A DNA stretch of 64,000 bases, from positions 1 through 64,000 of the IMG/VR virus record IMGVR_UViG_3300037400_003271. One strand, 5' to 3'. This document shows positions 1 through 9,745 of this stretch, one piece after another (the stretch's first letter is position 1; every line of letters starts with the position of its first letter). The position numbers and the translations under genes were made by a program. The notes beneath the pieces were generated by a model. It had not been told where the DNA came from and made no database searches. It worked only from the letters and a program-made list of their open reading frames with translations. Origin of the DNA: a virus (lineage: Duplodnaviria > Caudoviricetes).

Positions 1-141
1 GGCGCCGTCGGCACATTCCGGTATGACAGCCGCGTCGGCAACAAGGACGGGAATTACTTTCAGGACCTCGAGTGCTGGTCCTGGACAACCGGTGCCCAGC
101 AGCCGGCGTACCAGCCGGCGCCCACGCAGGGCCCGATTTAG
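1..141 (+). CDS. 3' end of a gene truncated by the window edge; DUF3127-like putative ssDNA-binding protein
   Basis: Frame 1 is open from base 1 to TAG 139-141 (...FRYDSRVGNKDGNYFQDLECWSW followed by a Q/P-rich tail), resembling the Bacteroidota DUF3127 C-terminus. Confidence 0.5.
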   Translation, partial: GAVGTFRYDSRVGNKDGNYFQDLECWSWTTGAQQPAYQPAPTQGPI

Positions 142-249
142 GGATCGCCGCAGCGATGCGGCAGGGGCGGCGCGACACTTTTGCTAACTAAAAAAGGAGG
201 TAACCGCATCATATTTGCCGCCCCTTTATAATTTTTTCGAACATAACCT

Positions 250-279
250 TTTGAATTACACCGCGAATCGTTATATTTG
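250..279 (+). promoter_or_regulatory. Bacteroidota sigma-A type promoter for terminase
   Basis: TTTG at 250-253 and TATATTTG at 272-279 (TAnnTTTG consensus), 7 nt before ATG 287. Confidence 0.65.
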
Positions 280-286
280 CGGTGTT

Positions 287-2050
287 ATGTTTCGTCTCCG
301 GCCAAATCACGCACCGTTCCCGCCGCTCTATGCGCACGTAGAGCGGAAGCTCCCGACCGTCAAAGACAAGGGCTGGGACAAGGTCGGCGACTTCGTTCTG
401 CGGGAGAAGGTTGACTTTATGCCACAGGCCGGAATGCAGGAAGATTTCCTCGCCTGCGAGAGCAGCTTGATCTTCTTGGCTGGCGCCGCGCAGATGGGTA
501 AGACATACGCGATGTTTATGAAGATGCTGTATGGCATCAATAAGGTCGGCTTCTCCGGAAGATTCATCTCGATGCGCTTGAACGATTCAAAGAAGGGTAC
601 GTCTCTATTCAGAGACGCGACCGAGCTTATCGGAAACTTCCCTGGTTGCGAGGTCTCATCGAGCGATTCTCCGACATTCTCATTCCCGAAATGGAACTCG
701 GCCGTACAGCTAATACACAGCAACTTCAACATTGACAACCCGACAGAATGGGATGATTTTCGCGAGCACGCGAAGAAGAATCAGGCATCCATCATCGAGG
801 TTGACGAGGCCACGGACATGCCGTACAAAATGTTCTCGTATTGGTTTAGCCGTAACCGAGATTCTTCCGGGCAGAAGCCGCAGTTCGTGATCTCTTTCAA
901 TGCCGAGTACACGCACTGGACGACGACCTTCCTCCTCCTTGCCGGATATATTGACCCCGAGACGTGGTATATAAAGCCGGAGATGAACGGGAAGACAAGA
1001 TATTTCTACCCGAAGGGGGATACCGTGGAGGAGATTATTTTTGGCGACGACCCGGCAGAAGTTGCGCGAATCGCCGGTGTCGTGCTTACGCAGAAGGAAA
1101 TTGATGCCGGCCTCAAGGCGAGCGATATGGTAAAGTCCTTCACTCTTTTTACCGGAGAGGCGGCCGACAATCTCAAACTATTGCACATAACTGGCGGCGG
1201 GTCTATCGCAAATCTTCACGCGGTCGGCGGCACACAGCGCGCGGTGCTCAAGGGCGCATATTTCGGGCCGGTCAACAACGACAAGTCCTCCGTATCGAAG
1301 CAGATGATCCTCAATCTCGCCACCAACCCAGAGAACGACGACGAGAACATGTATGCGACGATGGATATTTCCGGCGCCGCCTCATCGAAGAAGCCGGACG
1401 TCTGCCAGATGGTGATCTGGAAGGGCCTTCGGTTTATCGCAATTGAATCATATCACGGCAACATGAAAGATATTGTTCCGTGGATAAAGAATATGCTCGA
1501 CAAGTACGGAGTACCCGTCGAGAACTTCGCGTTCGACGCGACCGGAATGGGTTTCTTCTTGAAGGACTATGTCAAAGGGTATCCAGTCACGGCGAACAAG
1601 ACCCCGATCCAAGAATACGACGAGAACGGGAACCCCGTTACGCTCGAGCAGTATTTCAATGTAAGAAGCCAACTCCTCGGAAAGACGAGGGTGCTCCTCG
1701 AGACGGGACAGATGAGCACGAGCATGGACTTGAGCGCAGAGATTCCGTACGGAAAGAACGGATCGCTGCGTTCGCTGAGAGACATCCTGTTCGACGCTAC
1801 GGATCTGTTCGTGTCTACGACAAAGAACAAGCGCATCTACTACCTATCGAAGGACGAATACAAAGCGCGGCACCAGAAGAACTCTCCTGACCTAATGGAT
1901 TGCATTGCGCTCCGCGCCGTTTTTGAGCTTGATGCCAGGCCGAAAAAACAGCCGGCCCCGGAGATAGAAGATGACGCGTATGATGATCTTTTTACGCCGT
2001 ACCAAGGCTATGGTGGCGGACGCGCCCCGAGTGTAGTCTGGGTCGGTTAA
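287..2050 (+). CDS. terL: Terminase large subunit
   Basis: Walker A GAAQMGKT, Walker B IIEVDEA, RNase H-like nuclease aspartates (ATMDISG, FAFDATGMG, SPDLMDC); ATG 287 preferred over TTG 215. Confidence 0.9.
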   Translation: MFRLRPNHAPFPPLYAHVERKLPTVKDKGWDKVGDFVLREKVDFMPQAGMQEDFLACESSLIFLAGAAQMGKTYAMFMKMLYGINKVGFSGRFISMRLNDSKKGTSLFRDATELIGNFPGCEVSSSDSPTFSFPKWNSAVQLIHSNFNIDNPTEWDDFREHAKKNQASIIEVDEATDMPYKMFSYWFSRNRDSSGQKPQFVISFNAEYTHWTTTFLLLAGYIDPETWYIKPEMNGKTRYFYPKGDTVEEIIFGDDPAEVARIAGVVLTQKEIDAGLKASDMVKSFTLFTGEAADNLKLLHITGGGSIANLHAVGGTQRAVLKGAYFGPVNNDKSSVSKQMILNLATNPENDDENMYATMDISGAASSKKPDVCQMVIWKGLRFIAIESYHGNMKDIVPWIKNMLDKYGVPVENFAFDATGMGFFLKDYVKGYPVTANKTPIQEYDENGNPVTLEQYFNVRSQLLGKTRVLLETGQMSTSMDLSAEIPYGKNGSLRSLRDILFDATDLFVSTTKNKRIYYLSKDEYKARHQKNSPDLMDCIALRAVFELDARPKKQPAPEIEDDAYDDLFTPYQGYGGGRAPSVVWVG

Positions 2051-2072
2051 CATAAATCGCGATTAAGAGCCT

Positions 2073-3647
2073 ATGAAAGTAAGTGACTACATTAATCCGG
2101 CAAAGAAAAAGCCGTGGACAAGATTGGTAAAGGACGACTCGCCGTCGAACCAGTCCGGGACCAAGATGAAGGTAATGACGCAGCAGGACTTCCTGAACGA
2201 AGTCTGTTCGGCCGCGCATGAGATCAACAGCCAGATGATGTCCAGGCGCCCGATCTACGGACCCACGGGAGATAAGGACAAGAACGGGAAAGAAAAGTGG
2301 GCGATAGTCGGATATGACGAGGTGGAGACCATCCCTATCAGTAAGCAGTGGGAGATCATCTCAAAGAAGATCTCGCACTTCGCGGGAGACGGGTTCTGGA
2401 CGGCGTCTGAGTCGGCAAGCGAGGACCTCTTCCAGAAGATGATGTCCTGGGCGGACACCGCCGGAATGAAAACCGCGTTCATCGAAGCGATATGGCATTG
2501 CTTCCGGACAGGAGATTCTGCGGTGTATTGGTACCAATCCAGCGACAACGACGACCCGCTTCAGTACGAGGTCTACGGATACGAGGAGGGGAGCGTACTG
2601 TTCCCGAGCACGGACATCAACGGACGAGAGACTCTCGCGAGGAAGTATAAGTTCAACGGCCACGACGCCGTCGACATATTCACGCCGGAAAAGATCGAGA
2701 CGTGGATGATGTTGGACAAGAACGATGAGGACTACAAAGAGTTCGTGCAGGACGAGAAGAAGGCGGAGGTGTCCGAAGACGGCTACACGCTCGTGCGGAG
2801 CAAGGACGCGCAGGCCGGAGACCGCTGTCAGTGCGTTTACTTCCGCGTAAGCGATATTCCTTCCGGCGTAGTCCAGCCGAGCATTGACAAACTCGAAGAT
2901 GCGAAGACGTATGTTGGCGAGCACCTGAAGGGCACCTCGATGCCGATTCTGTTTATGAAGGCAGAGAAGACGACGAGCCTTCCGCCGTCCAGCCTCGCAA
3001 ACAAGATTATCGGCGTGAAAGGTACGGCGGACAGCCTCGCCCACGCCGACGCGAAGTTCCTTGCGCCGCCAGACGCGAGCAACATCGCCGACCTGCACAT
3101 CAACGGGCTTGAGTCGGACATCCGGGACGGCGCAATGTCGGTCAAGATTGACCCGGATGTCATCAAGCAGGGCAGCGACAGCAGCGCAACCATGAAGATC
3201 CTGTACGCGCCGGAGATCCAGTGGTGCCAGATTCACTGGCCCGAGATCTTCAAGTCCGTCAAGCAGATGATGCTCGTCTTCAAGGCGCTCGTCGGAAAAG
3301 TCGAGGGAAAAGCGACGGAATACAGCAATATGAGGATTTCGGTCGGGCAGGAGATATGGATTCCGCAGAACGCGGCGGAGGCTCTCAAGATGGAACTTGA
3401 TCAGGTCTATGCTCGTGTCAAGTCCCGCCGGTCCGCAATGGAGGACATCGGCAACGCACATATCGGAGACGGGGAGCAGATCGAGCGGGAGTGGGAGTGG
3501 GAGCTCACGAAGAAGGCGGAGGCCGGTCCGAAGGCTAAGGCGAAATTCGGAGACACGGCGGACACGGGCGGTAATTCCGGAGACGAGCCGAAGGACAATC
3601 CGGCAGATGTTAACAACCAGGCGCCCGGAAAAAGTATCCAGAACTGA
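2073..3647 (+). CDS. Portal protein
   Basis: 524 aa directly after terL, helical, acidic disordered C-tail; canonical synteny. Confidence 0.8.
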   Translation: MKVSDYINPAKKKPWTRLVKDDSPSNQSGTKMKVMTQQDFLNEVCSAAHEINSQMMSRRPIYGPTGDKDKNGKEKWAIVGYDEVETIPISKQWEIISKKISHFAGDGFWTASESASEDLFQKMMSWADTAGMKTAFIEAIWHCFRTGDSAVYWYQSSDNDDPLQYEVYGYEEGSVLFPSTDINGRETLARKYKFNGHDAVDIFTPEKIETWMMLDKNDEDYKEFVQDEKKAEVSEDGYTLVRSKDAQAGDRCQCVYFRVSDIPSGVVQPSIDKLEDAKTYVGEHLKGTSMPILFMKAEKTTSLPPSSLANKIIGVKGTADSLAHADAKFLAPPDASNIADLHINGLESDIRDGAMSVKIDPDVIKQGSDSSATMKILYAPEIQWCQIHWPEIFKSVKQMMLVFKALVGKVEGKATEYSNMRISVGQEIWIPQNAAEALKMELDQVYARVKSRRSAMEDIGNAHIGDGEQIEREWEWELTKKAEAGPKAKAKFGDTADTGGNSGDEPKDNPADVNNQAPGKSIQN

Positions 3648-3702
3648 TTGAGCGACAACTATAAAATAACAAAAACATATTGCAAAATAAATGCCAAACA
3701 TT

Positions 3703-3710
3703 TATATTTG
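3703..3710 (+). promoter_or_regulatory. Bacteroidota -7 promoter box for the head operon
   Basis: TATATTTG in an AT-rich intergenic gap upstream of ATG 3743. Confidence 0.6.
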
Positions 3711-3742
3711 CGGCAAGGAACTCAATTCTAACACAAAAACAT

Positions 3743-4453
3743 ATGTTTAAAGAAAAAATCGTAGAGGGGCTCAGGGCGAAATCTGAAATCAAGCGTTTCG
3801 GGCTGAGCAACGAGGCTATTGACCGGATTGCCACCGAGAGGGAAAAGACGGTTACCGAAGAGTCTCAGGTCGAAACCGTCCTTACGGATGCGGAAACCAT
3901 GAGGCTGATCGCCGAAGAGCTGATGAAGCATCGTGACCAGGAAATCACCAAGAGGACCGAAGCGCAGAGTGCTTTCAACGACTACAAGGCGAAGCATCCA
4001 GAGAAAACGGACGATCCCAACGACAAGCACGACGTTGACGACCCGGACAGTAAGAGCCTCATCGAGAAGATTCAGGCAGCCGTAACCGCAGCCGTCACGC
4101 CGCTGAACGACAAGATCGCCGCTCTGGAAAACCTTAATTCAACCAAGGCCGCGCTTGACGGCGCTCGTGAGAAGTTCTTTGGAGGCGACTATGCCAAGAA
4201 GTACAAGGACGAAGCTGACGACGCGTGGGATCGGGCGGTTGAGATGAATGAGGCCACCGGGAACAAGATGACCGCGGACGAACTGGCCGAAAAGGCCACC
4301 GGCTACTTCAACAAGGCCGTTTCCAGAAAGGGTGTTGACACCTCGCTGCCGTTCAAGGCCGACAAGACCGGGGACGAAGACGAGGGCACGCTCGACTGGA
4401 GCGACGAGAAGAAGCGCCTGCAGGACGAGGGCCGTCTTCCCAAAGATCAGTAA
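3743..4453 (+). CDS. Capsid scaffolding protein
   Basis: Charged helical protein between portal and capsid genes; start re-assigned to ATG 3743. Confidence 0.65.
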   Translation: MFKEKIVEGLRAKSEIKRFGLSNEAIDRIATEREKTVTEESQVETVLTDAETMRLIAEELMKHRDQEITKRTEAQSAFNDYKAKHPEKTDDPNDKHDVDDPDSKSLIEKIQAAVTAAVTPLNDKIAALENLNSTKAALDGAREKFFGGDYAKKYKDEADDAWDRAVEMNEATGNKMTADELAEKATGYFNKAVSRKGVDTSLPFKADKTGDEDEGTLDWSDEKKRLQDEGRLPKDQ

Positions 4454-4477
4454 GTTTAACCCAAAAACCATTCAGAA

Positions 4478-5119
4478 ATGAGCAACTACGGTAACGCTTT
4501 TTTCTCGACCGAGTCCAAGCAGTATCCTGCCGGCTCCATGCCGATTTGGCTCGAGGTCAACAAGCGCAAGATCGCGGGTGGCACTTTCAGCCTCAGCGGC
4601 GTCGCGAAGGGTACGATCTACCCTATCGGCCTGCCCGTGCGTCTTGACAAGATGGGTGGCACCGTCACCCTTCTTCCTACCTTCACCGTGGTGGGCGCTG
4701 TTACTTCTGAGGGCACCACGCTCGTGCTGAAGCCTCAGACCAACATCATCCCGGCTTCCGGTATGATCGTCGGTAAGATGACTTCTGCTGGCGTGTGCGC
4801 GAAGGCTGTCGCTCTCGGCGACGCCACCCCGCTGACCGGCGCGGACGCCGGCAAGTATCAGTTCACCATCACCGCGAACTCTCTCGGCGCCCTGGCTGAC
4901 GGCGACCTTCTCGTGATCGCCACCGTCGCCGGTTCCAACAAGGCCGCCGTTCTCCCGAACGGCCTGTCTTACCGCCAGGTGGTCGTCGACTCCGACAACG
5001 CCACGCTGGGCACCATCGCCGTCGTGACCGAGGGCCAGATCCTTGCCGATCGCATCCCCGCGATGCCGGACTTCTACAAGGACGCCCTGTCGAACATCGA
5101 CTTCCAGTACGAACTTTAA
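4478..5119 (+). CDS. Head decoration/cement protein
   Basis: 213 aa, beta-rich and G/A/T/V-rich, strong codon bias, directly upstream of the capsid gene. Confidence 0.6.
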   Translation: MSNYGNAFFSTESKQYPAGSMPIWLEVNKRKIAGGTFSLSGVAKGTIYPIGLPVRLDKMGGTVTLLPTFTVVGAVTSEGTTLVLKPQTNIIPASGMIVGKMTSAGVCAKAVALGDATPLTGADAGKYQFTITANSLGALADGDLLVIATVAGSNKAAVLPNGLSYRQVVVDSDNATLGTIAVVTEGQILADRIPAMPDFYKDALSNIDFQYEL

Positions 5120-5137
5120 TTCAAGGAGGAAAGCACT

Positions 5138-6355
5138 ATGAGTAAGTATAGCAACGGTTTTTACACCCTTATGGAGGAGGCCGGGATTCTTTCTTCCAAG
5201 AGTTTCACCGCCTACATCCGCGATGTTGTCGGTTTCGGCAATATCCAGGATCTGAACCTCGACGGGTTCGCATGGGACCCCGTCTCCTCTCTGACCTTCG
5301 ACTACGAGCAGCTCATCGCGAGCAATCGTCTGAAGGTGATGGCCACCTACACCGACAAGGACTCCGAGGCCATTCCGTTTGGCACGGAGGGCTTCGAGGC
5401 CGCCCGTGGTGTCATCCCTCGTCAGAAGGCCCGCTTCCTGTGGGACGAGGACGACTACCGCAAGTACCTTGACGCTGTCAACAAACTGGACTTCCAGAAC
5501 ACGACCGCCAAGAGATATGCGCTCGACCTCCTGTTCAACGGCCTGTCCGACATCAAGAACGCCCACGAGCTGTCCATGACCTACCAGCGCGACCAGATGG
5601 TTTCCAACCGCGGCCTCACGCTGTCCGCCGACAACAACCCCCGCGGCATCGTCGGCCTGACCTTCTCCGCCAACGTCCCGGACGGCAATGTGACCACAAA
5701 GACGAGCACCGCCCGCTGGTTCACCGACCCGGACCACAAGGACTCCGACCACGAAGGTTCCACCTCCGATCCCGTGAAGGATATGCGCACCATCATCCGC
5801 GCGATGAAGCGCAAGGGCTACACCAACATCGTTCTCGAGGTTGACGAGCAGTCCTGGCTCGAGGATATGGATCACAGCAAGTGGCGCACCGCCATCGGCT
5901 ACAAGCTCCGTCCCGACCTGGTCCTCGCGCCGAGCAACGACGCCAACGCCCTCGCTGTTGGCACCGCCGCGGACGACGACGAGGTGAAGCAGATGTTCGC
6001 GAAGATCATCGGCATTCCTCTGTCCAACATCAAGTTCCGCCAGGGTCTTGCCGCCGTCGAGAAACTGCAGGGCAAGGGTCCGGACGCCAAGCTCGTCCGC
6101 ACCAGCTTCCGCACCTTCAACGCGAACACCTATGTGCTCTACCCGGCCGGCCCTCTTGGCACCATCAAGAGCGTCCTGCCTCTCGTTCCGGACAGCAAGG
6201 CCATGTATGCCACCTTCTTCGGCGGCAAGGGCCTCATCCAGTACGAGTACGACGCCAAGGCAAAGACCCAGGATTGGTGGTCCGAGCTCACCGCTCTCTG
6301 CGTGCCCAACCGCCCGCAGGAGATGTACTACCTCATCACCATTTCCGGTTCCTAA
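5138..6355 (+). CDS. Major capsid protein (lambda gpE-like, HK97 fold)
   Basis: 405 aa, strongest codon bias in the module, follows scaffold and decoration genes. Confidence 0.8.
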   Translation: MSKYSNGFYTLMEEAGILSSKSFTAYIRDVVGFGNIQDLNLDGFAWDPVSSLTFDYEQLIASNRLKVMATYTDKDSEAIPFGTEGFEAARGVIPRQKARFLWDEDDYRKYLDAVNKLDFQNTTAKRYALDLLFNGLSDIKNAHELSMTYQRDQMVSNRGLTLSADNNPRGIVGLTFSANVPDGNVTTKTSTARWFTDPDHKDSDHEGSTSDPVKDMRTIIRAMKRKGYTNIVLEVDEQSWLEDMDHSKWRTAIGYKLRPDLVLAPSNDANALAVGTAADDDEVKQMFAKIIGIPLSNIKFRQGLAAVEKLQGKGPDAKLVRTSFRTFNANTYVLYPAGPLGTIKSVLPLVPDSKAMYATFFGGKGLIQYEYDAKAKTQDWWSELTALCVPNRPQEMYYLITISGS

Positions 6356-6369
6356 AAACCTGAAGAAGT

Positions 6370-6792
6370 ATGACTGTCGAAGAGTATCTGCGTAGTCTGG
6401 TTCCTGGTCTCGACCTCCAGGACAACGTGGTGGCCAGAGCCGCCAGAAGCCCGAAAGATGTCGGACTCGACCCGCTCCCCCTCAACGAGGACATAGACTA
6501 CTATGACGACGGGCAGGGGCATCAGCTCCCGAGAACCGACGAAGAGTACCAGATGAGGCTGGACTACGCCTCTTCGACGATCTACTATTCGGTGTTGGGG
6601 GTTTTCGCCGGCGGCGGCTATTCGGAACAGGTCGGAGATGTCCGCGCTTCACGCGGCGGCTTCGTGATCACCAAGGATGACCGGGCTCGGTACAAGACCC
6701 TTGGCGACGAACTCCGCAAGAAGTGGGGATTCGCCCTCCCGGACGACGACACCGGCAACGAAATGTTTGACGCTACTTATTTGAGGCGATAA
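6370..6792 (+). CDS. Head-tail connector/adaptor
   Basis: 140 aa after the capsid gene, YSEQVGD motif; synteny. Confidence 0.55.
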   Translation: MTVEEYLRSLVPGLDLQDNVVARAARSPKDVGLDPLPLNEDIDYYDDGQGHQLPRTDEEYQMRLDYASSTIYYSVLGVFAGGGYSEQVGDVRASRGGFVITKDDRARYKTLGDELRKKWGFALPDDDTGNEMFDATYLRR

Positions 6793-7127
6793 TGCAGTTC
6801 ATTGAATTCCGTGACCATTGCACCATCAAGCGCCAGACTGGCGAGAAGGATGAGTGGGACAACCTGGTGCGGCAGACCGTCTATGACGGCGACTGCAACT
6901 ACCAGGAGGGTGGCGCCTCGTATTCGAGGGTGTTCACTACCAGAAACCCGGTCGTCTTCCTCCCGAGCGACGGTGTCCTCGTGCAGATCAACGACTCGAT
7001 CGAGATCGTGACCGAATTCGGACGCGAGATCAAGTCCGTCGTCAAGATCGTGCGGGACATCAAGCTCCCCGGGCGCGCGAACGCAAAGGTCACGAGAATC
7101 GAACTGAAGCAGACGCAAGGAGATTAG
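6792..7127 (+). CDS. Head closure protein
   Basis: 111 aa beta-rich, one-base overlap with the upstream stop; synteny. Confidence 0.55.
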   Translation: MQFIEFRDHCTIKRQTGEKDEWDNLVRQTVYDGDCNYQEGGASYSRVFTTRNPVVFLPSDGVLVQINDSIEIVTEFGREIKSVVKIVRDIKLPGRANAKVTRIELKQTQGD

Positions 7128-7129
7128 GT

Positions 7130-7765
7130 ATGGCAAAACGGAATATAAAGTTCTCTGGGTGGAACTGGAGCGAGACGAAAACTCAGCTTCAGAAGGAGCT
7201 CATCGGCCAGAAAGAGAAAGTCAATCAGGCCGCATTGAGCATCTTCGCTGATGCCCAGCGGGACTTTATCAAGAACCTCCCTGCAAGCGAGGATCCGTCA
7301 ATGCCGTTCATCACCGGAAACCTGCACGACAGTATCGCCGGCGTTATTTCGGTCGCCGGCAGCCGGGTTGTAAAGGCTTCTTTTGCGGAAACGCTCGCCA
7401 GCGCTCCTTCAACGGACAATGGCAGAAGGAAGCTCACCCCGACCACGATTGGTGGCGGAAAAAAGATTTTCGGTCACCTCGAGGCTATCAGGGCCGTCTA
7501 CGGATCGAGACAGACCAACTATCCGGACGGGATCGCGGCCACGCTTGTAGTGGCTGTCCCGTACGCCGAGAACCCGAACGAGTTCTCCGAGAGGAACAGG
7601 ACCGGCAAGCACGTCGGATACCTTGACATCTTGGCGAGCAGATATGTGAAGAACATCGAGCAGGCGTTCCGCGCGTGCGAATATCTTGGTATGTTCAGAT
7701 GGAATGGAGGGTCTGACATTCCCCAAAAATACGTTGATTCAATTTATCGAGCAGCAGCGAAATGA
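7130..7765 (+). CDS. Tail completion/neck protein (HK97 gp10-like)
   Basis: TGNLHDSI and VPYA motifs; position between closure and terminator genes. Confidence 0.55.
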   Translation: MAKRNIKFSGWNWSETKTQLQKELIGQKEKVNQAALSIFADAQRDFIKNLPASEDPSMPFITGNLHDSIAGVISVAGSRVVKASFAETLASAPSTDNGRRKLTPTTIGGGKKIFGHLEAIRAVYGSRQTNYPDGIAATLVVAVPYAENPNEFSERNRTGKHVGYLDILASRYVKNIEQAFRACEYLGMFRWNGGSDIPQKYVDSIYRAAAK

Positions 7766-8211
7766 TCAGTTTATCATCGATTCATCCAGATGCCGAGCTG
7801 CGGGATTACCTGCAGAACAGGATCAGCGTTGTCTCCGAGGCGGGCGAGACAGTTCCGGTCGCCGTATACGGGGACTGGGAAAAGCCGACGAACGCCGTCC
7901 CGGACGACCTCATTATCGTGATGACCAACGGGGATGTCGGCGGAGTTGGTATGGATACTCCTTTTGCGAAAGGTTCCATCATGGTGAGCCTGTTCTGCAA
8001 GCTCAACGACGACGGCACTCTTAAGAAGAACCGCGTAGACAAGATCCTTTCGCAGTTTGACGGCATCATCGAGAAGCTGATCACGGACCACTACTACTAC
8101 GAATACGACGCCAAGCGATTCATAACCCCTACTACACCGAATGCTACTTCGGGATATTCAGAAACAAACCTCAACTTGAGGTGGACTACTAACAGCAATT
8201 TTAACCAATAA
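7762..8211 (+). CDS. Tail terminator protein
   Basis: 149 aa, ATGA overlap, directly before the tail tube gene. Confidence 0.55.
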   Translation: MISLSSIHPDAELRDYLQNRISVVSEAGETVPVAVYGDWEKPTNAVPDDLIIVMTNGDVGGVGMDTPFAKGSIMVSLFCKLNDDGTLKKNRVDKILSQFDGIIEKLITDHYYYEYDAKRFITPTTPNATSGYSETNLNLRWTTNSNFNQ

Positions 8212-8224
8212 AAACGCATAGAAA

Positions 8225-8827
8225 ATGGCAGATATTATTACCAAGATCGATGCCGCGACCAACCCCTTCGTTGGCCAGGGCGACCTCATCATCTTCGACC
8301 CGGTTCAGGACTACTCGTCCGCAAAGATTGCCGATTTTGCGAACCCGAAGTCTCTCGGCCAGATCGTCCAGGAATCTACCTCCTGGGATGGTGAGGATGT
8401 TTCCACCGAGCAGATCCTCGACGAGCAGGGCAACCTGATTACCGCGAAGGTCACCGCTGGCACTCTGGGCTTCTCCTTCGAAATCGCTTCTACGAGCGAC
8501 AACATGATGAAGAAGTTCATGGCCGCCACCGACATCCCCGTGGCCAATCTGGGCAATCCGGCCTTCCTGGAGGAACTGACCTCTGGCGCCGGCCTGAATG
8601 CCGTCGGCTTCGGCGTGAATCTTCCCGTGTTCACCGTTCCTATTCTGGTCGCCGACCAGGAGAAGAAGCGCTGCTTCATCTACCCGAAGGCGAAGATCAC
8701 CTCGAACCTGTCCCTCAGCGAAGGTATGTACCGCATCAAGGCCACCGTGCTCGCCGAGCAGGTCGACACGGCCTACCTGAAGACCGGTATCCTCATCGAG
8801 GGCAAGCTCAAGTACGTGTCCGCCTAA
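8225..8827 (+). CDS. Major tail tube protein
   Basis: 200 aa beta-rich with high-expression codon bias, followed by a terminator and chaperone genes; no sheath gene present. Confidence 0.75.
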   Translation: MADIITKIDAATNPFVGQGDLIIFDPVQDYSSAKIADFANPKSLGQIVQESTSWDGEDVSTEQILDEQGNLITAKVTAGTLGFSFEIASTSDNMMKKFMAATDIPVANLGNPAFLEELTSGAGLNAVGFGVNLPVFTVPILVADQEKKRCFIYPKAKITSNLSLSEGMYRIKATVLAEQVDTAYLKTGILIEGKLKYVSA

Positions 8828-8850
8828 CGGCGAATCGCATCGAACCGATT

Positions 8851-8877
8851 GGGCGGGCGTTACTGCCCGCCCTTTTT
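8851..8877 (+). terminator. Intrinsic terminator after the tail tube gene
   Basis: GGGCGGGC-gttact-GCCCGCCC-TTTTT. Confidence 0.8.
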
Positions 8878-8890
8878 CAAATAAAACCGT

Positions 8891-9418
8891 ATGGAGAAAA
8901 CCGAAAAGTTTTTGGAGGGCGCGTACAGGACGATCACCGGAGAGAAGACTCTGGTCGTCGTTGGGCGCCGGAAATACAGGGTGCGCCAGGTCGCTCAGGC
9001 CGTAAAGGAGAAGATCGTACTGCTTGAGCAGCAGTGCGGGATCCTCGAGGAGAAAGGCAAGGCTGGCGTGCCGCAGAGAGAAGCGAAGAAGATCACCAAG
9101 AAGTTGTACTCGCTCCACTCCAAGGAGGCCGCATACTACCTCCTCGGGAACTGGGCGCTGTTTGTGCCCGGGCTCTGGGCAATCCGCTGGAGGCTCCTGC
9201 AGTTGGCCGGCAATGAAACGACATTCAAGATCAACGAGGCGGGAGTCGTGAATGCAGATCTGGGTTTTTCCAAGGCCAACTGGGATATCTCAAGGCAGGT
9301 ACGCGAGCTTTATATGAGACCGGTTGGCGAAGTCGCCAAGCAGGCGCAAGAGCGAGTGGAGACAGTGTTAAATATGCTGGAGACGGACGCTTTGGGGATA
9401 AAGGAGGAAAGCAAGTAG
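8891..9418 (+). CDS. Tail assembly chaperone (lambda G-like)
   Basis: Between tail tube and tape measure; contains in-frame slippery heptamer G GGT TTT at 9262-9268. Confidence 0.7.
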   Translation: MEKTEKFLEGAYRTITGEKTLVVVGRRKYRVRQVAQAVKEKIVLLEQQCGILEEKGKAGVPQREAKKITKKLYSLHSKEAAYYLLGNWALFVPGLWAIRWRLLQLAGNETTFKINEAGVVNADLGFSKANWDISRQVRELYMRPVGEVAKQAQERVETVLNMLETDALGIKEESK

Positions 9419-9744
9419 GATCTGCTTTCTGGATCTCCGAGCATAACGAGCGAATCAAGTATGTGTACGGCAACTACTGCTGGTGGTCCTGGTTTCGCTA
9501 CTTCTATTTGGATTCGTGCAATCTTGTCACGATGATGCTGGTTGACAAGGGCTACTACGACTATGACTTCGAAAATACGAAGGCTCCGGTGAGTAAAGTC
9601 ACATACAACTGGGAGGATACGATAAAATCAGACGAAGAGGTCGACGGCATTTTGGCGATGTTTGGTATGAGCGCAAAAAGGACGAAGCCGAAGACCGACG
9701 AGGAGATACAAAGTTACATTCTAAAACAAATGGAGGAACAGTAA
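9268..9744 (+). CDS. -1 frame extension of the tail assembly chaperone (G-T-like fusion, about 284 aa from ATG 8891)
   Basis: The -1 frame is open from 9217 to TAA 9744 and is entered at GGGTTTT; the tracked ORF 9463-9744 is its distal part. Confidence 0.65.
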   Translation, partial: FQGQLGYLKAGTRALYETGWRSRQAGARASGDSVKYAGDGRFGDKGGKQVGSAFWISEHNERIKYVYGNYCWWSWFRYFYLDSCNLVTMMLVDKGYYDYDFENTKAPVSKVTYNWEDTIKSDEEVDGILAMFGMSAKRTKPKTDEEIQSYILKQMEEQ

Positions 9745-9745
9745 T

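Noticed and set aside
172-215. preQ1 riboswitch (A-run with CTAA)
   Set aside because: Motif order and the P1 stem do not match, and the downstream gene is a terminase
287-6355. Intron or intein in terminase or capsid genes
   Set aside because: Reading frames are continuous and of normal length, with no intein or LAGLIDADG motifs
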